From Leptonemataceae bacterium (GTDB lineage: Bacteria; Spirochaetota; Leptospiria; Leptospirales; Leptonemataceae), in contig OZ245742.1 of the NCBI GenBank assembly GCA_965227295.1, forward strand, positions 4,896,001 through 4,960,000: 64,000 nt of DNA. The letters run 5' to 3'. The position numbers and the translations under genes are program-made. Of this stretch, positions 1 through 8,800 are shown piece by piece. Under the pieces are notes generated by a model, which ran no database searches, was not told the origin of the DNA, and worked only from the letters and a program-made list of their open reading frames with translations. The stretch's first letter is position 1. Each line of letters opens with the position of its first letter.

Positions 1-2887
1 ACGCGGGCTTATCGGGAGTAAACGGTGATTCAAATTCGACCGTCTTCCGTACGGGTGACGATCTACGAAAACCGAGGAAGGGATGTTCGTCCGGCGCCAG
101 AAAGTGCGCCGTCTGACTCTCGCTCTCATCGATCCAGTAGCTCTTTCGGTTCCACTGATACGTCGGCAGGATGTCCGTATAGTTCGCGCCGTTCGGATAC
201 ATTTTGTGAAAGTCCACATCGTAACCGGCCGCCCATAGTCCACCGAACGTGCTCACGAGAAACGGAATGCGCTGGCCATCCGGAACGTCCCGACGCAAAG
301 ACGCGAGCACGGAGCCGCTGGCTTCCCGGGCCTGCATACACTGCTCCACGGATTGCGAGAGGGCGGGGTGCGGAGCAATTTCGACGAAGACATCGAAGTT
401 TTCGTCCAGGAGTTGATTGATCGTCGTGGAAAAGAGTACCGGTTGGCGGATGTTCGTGGCCCAGTAGTCGGCTCCGAGCTTTGAGCCATCCGTGTATTTT
501 CCGTATACGGTCGAATAAAACGGCGCGTCCCCTTCTTTCGGCTGAAGGCCCTGGAGCGAATCCCGGAACTCATCCTGGATGACCTCCATCTGCGGGCTGT
601 GCGAGGCGAAGTCCACCGATTCCAGGACCTTGAAGAACACGTTATCCTTCTCGAACTTCGCGGTTACTTCTTTCAGAGCCGCGACATCGCCGGAAATCAC
701 GGTGTTGCCGGGACTATTATTGGCGGCGACACTGAGCTTCGTTTCGTATCCGCGCAGATACTGCTCGGTCTTCTCCAGGGAGAGATCCACGAAGGCCATC
801 TTGCCTTTGCCGCCGGTAAGTCCCTGAATCAAACGCCCGCGGTGATAGATGACCCGCATCGTATCTTCGATGCTGAGCGCTCCGGCCACACATGCCGCAG
901 AGACTTCCCCCATGCTGTGACCGACTACCGCATCGGGCACGATTCCCCGGGACCGCCAGACCGCGGCCAGGGCGATCTGCACGGCACACAGTCCAGGCTG
1001 TGTATATTCGGTTCGGTCCATGTTCGCGCTGCCTTCGCGCAGTTCTTTCAGGATGGACCAGCCGGCAATTTTCTGTAATGCGACGTCGCACTGCTCCAGG
1101 GTTTCTCGAAAGACTGGTTCTTTGTCCCAGAGTTCTTGCGGCAGCGGCCAGAACTTCGGCCCCTGACCGGAACAGAAGAAGACCAGCTTTCGTTTTCCGG
1201 AAGCGCCCGGAACAATCTTGTGCACCGCCATTCCGAAGCGTTCTTCGTCGGCCGCATAAGCCTCGAGTTTTTCGGCCAACTCCTGTCCGGAGAAACCGGC
1301 CACAGCCAGGCGGATATCGTGGTACGAGCGATGCAAACTCGCCGAGTAGCAGATGTCGCGCAGTACGGCCGGATCCGAACTCTCGCGCACGAGCGTAGCA
1401 TATTTCTTCGCGAGGCGTTGCAGCGATTCTTTGCTGCGCGCGGAGATCGGCAGAAGATAGCAGTACTCCGCTCCCGGCGCGGGAATGGCCTTTTGAACGA
1501 CCGGCGGAGCTTCTTCTACAATTACATGGCTATTGGTACCGCTGATACCGAAAGAGCTGATCGCTGCGCGACGGATCCCGTCCTGGCTTTGCGGCTCCCA
1601 CGGAGTGAGTTGCGTAAGAACCGTGGCCTTAATGTTATCCAGCTCGATGTGCGGGTTCGGCTTCTGAAAATGCAGGTTTGCCGGAATCTTCTGATTACGC
1701 ATGGCCAGGACGGCCTTCATGAGACCGGCGATGCCGGCGGCCGCTTCGAGGTGCCCCATATTGGTTTTAACGGAACCAAGGACGAACGGCTTCTGCCGCT
1801 GCTTGCCGTAGACGGCGCCGAGGGCATTCGCTTCAATAGGATCGCCCAGCGGAGTACCGGTGCCATGGCATTCTACATAACTCACATCCTGCGAATCGAG
1901 ATCAGCAAACTCCAGCGCTTCCCGAATGAGCCGCTGCTGGGAAACCCCGTTCGGCACCGTCAGTCCACTCGCCGGCCCATCATGATTCACGGAAGAACCG
2001 CGAATCACAGCGAGCACACGATCGCCGTCGCGCTCGGCATCGCTCAGTCGCTTGAGGGCGATCATGCCGGCGCCTTCGCCGCGGACATATCCGTTGGCAG
2101 AAGCATCAAAGGTGGCGCATCGGCCGTCGGGTGAAAGAGCATGGGCCCGGGTCAGGAACATGTGCATGGACGGTGCCAGCATCAGGTGAGCACCGCCCGC
2201 CAGGGCAAGATTGCATTCGCCGAGGCGCAGGCTCTGACACGCCACGTGGACTGCTGTCAGCGAAGAGGCACAACCGACATCGATGGAGTAGTTCGGGCCC
2301 TGCAAACCGAGGACGTAAGAGATACGACCGCCCGCAACACAGAAGAGGTTACCGGTTCCCGTATAGGTATCTATGTTCGTGTAGCGCTGAGGGTTCATGG
2401 CCCGAAGCTTGTAGTCGTCAATCCCGATACCCACGACAACGCCGGTCTTACTGTTTACGAGTTCCTCGGTGCGAATGCCCGCGTGTTCCAGGGCCTCCCA
2501 TGCAACTTCCAAAAGGACGCGCTGCTGCGGATCCATGGTATCGGCTTCCCGGGGCGAAATGCCGAAGAACTGCGCGTCGAATTGATCCACCGGCTCTTCC
2601 AGGAAACCACCGACTCTTGTGTGAATCTTCCCGGCTCGATCTTGATCCTGATCAAAAAATTCGTCCGCGTCCCAGCGCTGCGTCGGAACATCGCGGATGG
2701 CGTTACGCCCTTCACTCAGAAGATCCCAATAGCTTTCCGGATCGTTGGCCCCACCGGGATACCGCAGCCCCATACCGATGATCGCGATCGGCTCGCGCAT
2801 GCGGTACTCGTAACTCTCGAGTTCCGAACGCATGTGCTGAATTGCCGCGAGGGCTTGTTTAACGGCTGAATTTGAATTTGCACTCAT
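1..2887 (-). CDS. Type I modular PKS, second subunit (docking-KS-AT-start of DH); runs off the window edge
   Basis: Absent from the ORF track because no stop lies in the window; translated by hand. ATG at 2887 overlaps the upstream TGA (ATGA). Begins MSANSNSAVKQALAAIQHMRSELESYEYRMREPIAIIGMGLRYPGG. KS motifs DVGCASS, HGTGT, KTNMGHLE; AT GHSMGE and DFASHS; post-AT LPTYQWNRKSYWID, then HRLL. Confidence 0.93.
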   Translation of the reverse strand, partial: MSANSNSAVKQALAAIQHMRSELESYEYRMREPIAIIGMGLRYPGGANDPESYWDLLSEGRNAIRDVPTQRWDADEFFDQDQDRAGKIHTRVGGFLEEPVDQFDAQFFGISPREADTMDPQQRVLLEVAWEALEHAGIRTEELVNSKTGVVVGIGIDDYKLRAMNPQRYTNIDTYTGTGNLFCVAGGRISYVLGLQGPNYSIDVGCASSLTAVHVACQSLRLGECNLALAGGAHLMLAPSMHMFLTRAHALSPDGRCATFDASANGYVRGEGAGMIALKRLSDAERDGDRVLAVIRGSSVNHDGPASGLTVPNGVSQQRLIREALEFADLDSQDVSYVECHGTGTPLGDPIEANALGAVYGKQRQKPFVLGSVKTNMGHLEAAAGIAGLMKAVLAMRNQKIPANLHFQKPNPHIELDNIKATVLTQLTPWEPQSQDGIRRAAISSFGISGTNSHVIVEEAPPVVQKAIPAPGAEYCYLLPISARSKESLQRLAKKYATLVRESSDPAVLRDICYSASLHRSYHDIRLAVAGFSGQELAEKLEAYAADEERFGMAVHKIVPGASGKRKLVFFCSGQGPKFWPLPQELWDKEPVFRETLEQCDVALQKIAGWSILKELREGSANMDRTEYTQPGLCAVQIALAAVWRSRGIVPDAVVGHSMGEVSAACVAGALSIEDTMRVIYHRGRLIQGLTGGKGKMAFVDLSLEKTEQYLRGYETKLSVAANNSPGNTVISGDVAALKEVTAKFEKDNVFFKVLESVDFASHSPQMEVIQDEFRDSLQGLQPKEGDAPFYSTVYGKYTDGSKLGADYWATNIRQPVLFSTTINQLLDENFDVFVEIAPHPALSQSVEQCMQAREASGSVLASLRRDVPDGQRIPFLVSTFGGLWAAGYDVDFHKMYPNGANYTDILPTYQWNRKSYWIDESESQTAHFLAPDEHPFLGFRRSSPVRKTVEFESPFTPDKPA

Positions 2888-5800
2888 TGGGATTTCCTTT
2901 GTCCAAAAATTTTCAGTTCTGCTTGCAATAGTTGTTCGGCTTCATCGTCGGAGATAGAATCCAGTTGATCGGCGGAAAGCACGCCGGGTTTCCCGTTTTC
3001 GCTCCCGCCCGAACTGCCATTCGAATTCACTTCCGCCGACGGCGCCGCGGGTTTAACATCTGAAGTTTGTACATTAACGTCCGAGGCCTTCGATTCCGGA
3101 CGAGGGGGCGCGGTATTCGGAGCCGGTGCGGCAACCGGATTCGCGACGCTTTTCGCCTGCGGCCGCGCCGGTCGCCGGCGTTGTCCCGACTGCCGCGCCT
3201 TAAAGATATCAAGTTCGGCGAGGAGCATGGACTCGGCGTCTTCCTCGGACAGGGCGTCCACGTCTTCTCCGCGCAGAACCTCCGCCGCCGGGGAGGCCGG
3301 CAACGCGGGCGCAGCCACCAGGGCCGGGGCCTCCTCCGGGTCGGATGCGGCGCCTTCTGACTCGGGGCCGGGCAAGGTGAGCGCCTGTTCCAGGAGAAAG
3401 GTCGTCAGGGTATTCAGGTTGGGATAGTCGAAGGCCAGGGTCGACGGCAACGTCGTATCGAGTCCCTGCTGCAGGCGATTGCGAAACTCCACGGTCATCA
3501 GGGAGTCCATGCCGACGTCTTTAAAGCCCTTAGACGGATCCACGGGCTGATTGGGCTTCATGCCGAGAATCTGCCGCACTTGATCACGCAGATAACCGAG
3601 CAAGACTTCTTCGCGACGGTTGACGGGAGTGGACGCCAGGCTGTCCAAAATGCCCGCCGTAGACCCGGCGCCGCCCGCACCGGACTCCCCGCCGATTTCC
3701 GAAATTAGTTCGGAGAGATAGCCGGGAACGATACCGCCAGGAAGCATCTGCGCGAAGGTATCCCACTGCACGTGAATGACGCCGGCTTCCGCGGCCCCCG
3801 AATGGAGCAGATGCTCAAAGGCCTGCCAGCCGAGTTCGGGCGGCATAAAGCTCGTCCCTGTACGACGCAGGCGCGTACCTTCCTCGCTCGCAGCCAGATC
3901 GGCCACCATACCAATTTGCGCCCACGGTCCCCAATGAATACTGAGGCCCGGCAGTCCCATGCTACGGCGTTGATGAGCCAGCGCGTCCATAAAGGCATTG
4001 GCCGCGCTGTAGTTACTCTGAGCGGGAAGCCCGAGCAACGAAGCGATCGAAGAAAAGAAGACGAAGAAATCCAGTGACCGCCCCACGGTCATCTCGTGAA
4101 GTGCCTGTGAACCCGCGACCTTCGCCTGCATCACTTTTGCGTAGCGCTCCCAGGTTTGATCGCGAAAGAGACCGTCGTCGATGACACCGGCAGCATGAAC
4201 AATGCCGCGCAGGGCCGGCATGCCGGCATCCATGCTCGCGAGAATCTTGCGAACGTCTTCCGTCTGCGATACATCACCGCGCAGAACCTGAACGCGTGCG
4301 CCCGTTTCTTCTTCGATCGCACGGATCTTTTCTTTTACTTCTTCCCGGGGTTCCCGGCGCCCGGTGAGTACGATATTGCCCGCGCCTGACGAGGCCAGGC
4401 GTCGCGCAAAGAACAGACCCAGATCTCCGAGACCGCCGGTGATCAGGTAGGTTCCGTCCTCGCGGAAGCCCTCGAAGGTCTGAGCTGCAACCCTGGCTTG
4501 CTCATGGGAGACCACCAGCTTGCCGATGTGTTTGCCCCGGGCCATCTGGCGGAACGCATCGCGGACATGGGCGAAATCAAATTGCGTGAGCGGTTCTGTC
4601 GCAAGGTTGCCGTTTTCAAATTCCTCGCTCAAATGCAAGAGCATGGACTGAATCAGATCCGGTGTTTTGTGCGCAACGTCCATGAGATCGATGACGAAGT
4701 ACGAGACGCCCTTCTTGATGGCGGCGACGTCCTTGGCACTGAAAATATCCTTCTTGCCGATCTCCAAAAAGCGGCCGTTCTTGCGCAGAATTTCGATACC
4801 TTTTGGAATGAACTCGCCGGATAGCGAATTGAGGACGATGTCGATTCCTTCGCCGTTAGTGAGTTCCATGATCCGGGTCGCGAAGTCCGTGGAGCGAGAG
4901 TCAAAGATGCAGTCGGGCTCGACACCTATGGATTCGAGGTACTGACGTTTTTCGTCCGTACTGACCGTCGCGAAGATCTTCGCACCTTCCATGCGCGCCA
5001 CCTGGATCGCGGCCAGGCCGACCCCACCGGCCGCCGAATGAATCAAAATCCGATCGTCACCGGAAATTCGTGCCAGGTGATTTAGCGCGTAGTAACAAGT
5101 CAGAAAGACCAGCGGTACACCGGCGGCCGCTTCCAAATTCAACGTAGACGGTTTCCGGATGACCAGGTCCGCGGGAGTAACGACATAGGATGCGAAGCCC
5201 GGCTCCACACAGAGTCCCATCACCTGGTCGCCGACGCTCAGATCGATTACGTTCTCACCGACACTCGCAATACGACCGGCACACTCAATCCCGAACGGTA
5301 CGGGTCCTTCCGGATACATGTCCAGGGCGGAGAGCACGTCCCGGAAATTAAGTCCGGTGTATGCAACTTCGATCTCGACCTCGTCCGGTCCCGGCATTCG
5401 TCGCTGGAGCGGATGAACCGTAAGATTGTCTATCAATCCCCGACCGGTGGTTTCCAGAACGACCGGTTCCCGCGTCGCAGATGTCCGGCCGCCACTATCG
5501 CGCGCGACGGCTTTGCGATCCAGGCGTTGCACGTAACGGAGCCCTCCGCGGTACCCAACCTGGGAATCGCCTCCGGATGAGATCAGTTCTTCGAGAATGA
5601 GCCGGGCTCCGGCGACCGGCTCTTCGCGCGGGTCCAGGTCAAGACGCAGGGGGCGCCACTGCGGAAACTCCGATGCAATGACCGAGCCCATGCCCCAGAG
5701 TGTCGCGGCATGATAGTCCGGAACGGCTTCGGTGTGTACCGGCTGGGCGCCCCGGGTAACAATCATCAGACGAGCGTCTACGTCATACTCTGCCATGTTC

Positions 5801-8800
5801 TGCACGAGAGTGATGAGATCCTTACACAACGCTTCCTGGCGCGCCAGGTCCGTACTTTCGTCGCGTTCCGATAGGCCGCGTAAATATACAATACCGAAGG
5901 AGCCGCCGCGCGCGAGGTATGTTCGTGCAAGATCGATGGAACTGATCATTTGTATTTCGGTTCCGTCTTGCCCCAGCACACCGGCTACGGCTTCATCCAC
6001 CGCAGATGTCCCGGAACCGATGACGAGATAACCGTCGTAGGTCCCGGTCTGATGCTCGGGCCGTAGCGAAGCTTCCACCCACTTCGGTTCGTAGAGCCAG
6101 TCCCGAATGCCCTTCGGCGAAACGAGCATAAGATCCGGATGGCTCATGGCACGGAAGCGGAGATGACTCATTTCAATCAACACGGTACCATCGGCCCCAT
6201 AGAATCGGAGCGAGCCGTTCAGGTTCTGCCCGGTGGAGGCGTCCAGGCGGGCCTCAAGCCACGCCACGGAAGCTTTTTGCCAGCGACTGACCAGGCGTAT
6301 GCGATCAATGCTGCACGGTGTGTAGAGATGACCGGGAGCGGCATCTTCCCGGAACAGTGCCTGGAACAGAGCAAAGCCGAACGAGAACACCGTGGCGTCC
6401 GGCAAAGCCCCCGGTTCGAGTGAGGCGATGGCCTCCGCGTCTTTGGTGCGGATCTCTGTGACGGCAGCACGCATGCCTTCTTCGAAATGAACACCCGCGT
6501 CGGCCAGAGTATCGTAAAAATCGTTCGGCGCTATGGATTGCGAAAAGCCGCGAAACTTCGGTGCGATGTCTTCATCACGAACAGTTCCGGGAATCTCCAG
6601 CGATACCTTTCCATATAAATGGCGACGCCATTCGCCCCCGTCTTCACTTTCGATACGATCATATGCCCGAAAATCGTTCGCGGACAGCAGTAATTGAATC
6701 TCCACGGCTTCATCATCAAACAAGCCGACAGGCCGTTCGATCTGTAGATCCCGCAGAACCAGGGTCTTGTTGCTATCCTGTACGGTGCGCAGGTGCTCAT
6801 CCACTGCCAGTAGTGTCGCTTCCAGCGAGTCACCGGGCGTCAGCGTCATGATTTCAAAGAGGCTGTGTCCGAAGAGCGGAGCCGTATCGTTTTCTCGCAG
6901 CAGCAACGCCTGTACAATCGGTTCAGCGGCGGCAATTCTGCTTTGCAATAAGGGATGCGGCGTATTGCTGAGCGCCCGACCTTCGGCCGCGCCGCGCTTC
7001 GGCGGATCAATCCAGTAGCGCTCGCGTTGCCAGGCGTAGGCCGGGAGTCGCTGCGCGCGACCGCGACCGTCGAAGTAACGTTCCCAATCAATCGTGTAAC
7101 CGAGAGTGAAAAGTTTGCCCAGGTTCCCGAGCAAATGCAGATGCTCCGGTTGTTTGCGATTCAGCGAAGCCACCGTGTGACCCCGGGCCTCGGCGCGTTC
7201 CAGGCATTCGTTCACGTAACCGGAGAGCACCGGATGCGGGCCGATCTCAAGAAAGAGATCGTAGCCGGCGTCGATCAACACGTCGACGGCGGTGACGAAG
7301 AGTACCGAGCCGCGAATGTTCTGCCCCCAGTATTCGGCACCGTAATCTTCGTCGCCGGCAAGTTTACCGGTGACCGTAGAAACGATGGGCGTCTCCGGGG
7401 CCCGGGCCTGCAGTCCGAGCTTCTTCATCTCGGCGCTCATCTTCTCTTTGAACGGTTCCATCTGCGGACTGTGGAAGGCGTAGTTGTTCGGCAGCATCTT
7501 CTGGTAGATGCCGTCCTGTTCGATCTTCGCCAGGATCTCTTCCAGCGCCGCGGTTTCTCCGGAGAGCACGCTGGAGCCCGGCGAGTTCGCGACGCCGATT
7601 TCCACACGGCCCTCGTATCCTGCTAAGTATTTCTCACAAGCTTCTAACGTAAGTTGCACCGCGGCCATCTTACCGAGGCCGGTGGCCTCCTGCATGAGCC
7701 GCCCGCGATGATAGATGACCGTGACCGCATCTTCCAGACTCAGTTTGCCGGAGACGTGGGCGGCGGCCACTTCTCCGACGCTGTGCCCGGTGATGGCATC
7801 CGGCAGAACACCCCAGGACTTCCAGAGTTCGGCCAGGCCCACCTGTAAGGCGAAGATCGCGGGCTGGGCGATTTCGGTGTCCATGATGCGCGAGGCGCCT
7901 TCGTCTTTGTTCAGTTCGTCCAGGAGCGACCAGGTATCGTGGCCGGCCTTCTTTTGTGCCTGCTGCAAGAGCGCGTCGATCTCTTCGATCTTATTGCGAT
8001 AGATCGGCTCACGTTCGAAGAGTTCCCGGCCCATGGCGTACCACTGCGGACCCTGACCGGAAAACACAAAGGCCACTCGCGGACGACCATCGTGGAGGCG
8101 CAGCGGATTCAGCGATGAATCCCGGCGCAGGCGATCGAGGTCCACCTCCACGCCGCCGGAGGCCAGCTTCGACAGGGCGCGTTCGAGGGCAGCGGCCTCA
8201 TCACTTTCGGAACGCAAAGTGCTCGCCGCGACGCCTTTGGCCTGGTGTTCACTCAGACACTCTTCAATAGAACGTTCCACGATGGCGTGGGGCGAGACTT
8301 CCAGAAAAGCATCCACGTGATCGTCGACGATGGCATCCACCGCACTCTTAAACAGGACCGGCTCGCGGATGTTGTCCCACCAGTAACCGGCATCCAGGCG
8401 ATGGCCGTCATAGGCCATGCCCAACGTCGCCGAATAAAACGGAATCGCCGCGGACTGGAGCGAGAGATCCTTCAGTTGCTCAAGCAAACGATCCTTCAGC
8501 GGGTCCATGAGCGCGCAGTGGACGGCCGCCGGCGTATTCACCCGGCGTGCCAGGATGTCCCGGCCTTCGAGATCCCGAACGACCTCGTCCAGGGCGGTGA
8601 TGTCGCCGGAGAGCACGGTGGACTTCGGACTCGCTTCGATGGCGGCGACGAGTTTCCCGCCGTACTTCTCCACCTCGGCCTCCGCTTCGTGGAACGGCAG
8701 GCCGATCAACGCCATGCCGCCCTGCCCGCTGGTCTCGTGAACGAGTTTGCCCTGGGTAACAATGACCCGCACGGCATCGGCCAGGCTGATGGAGCCCGAG

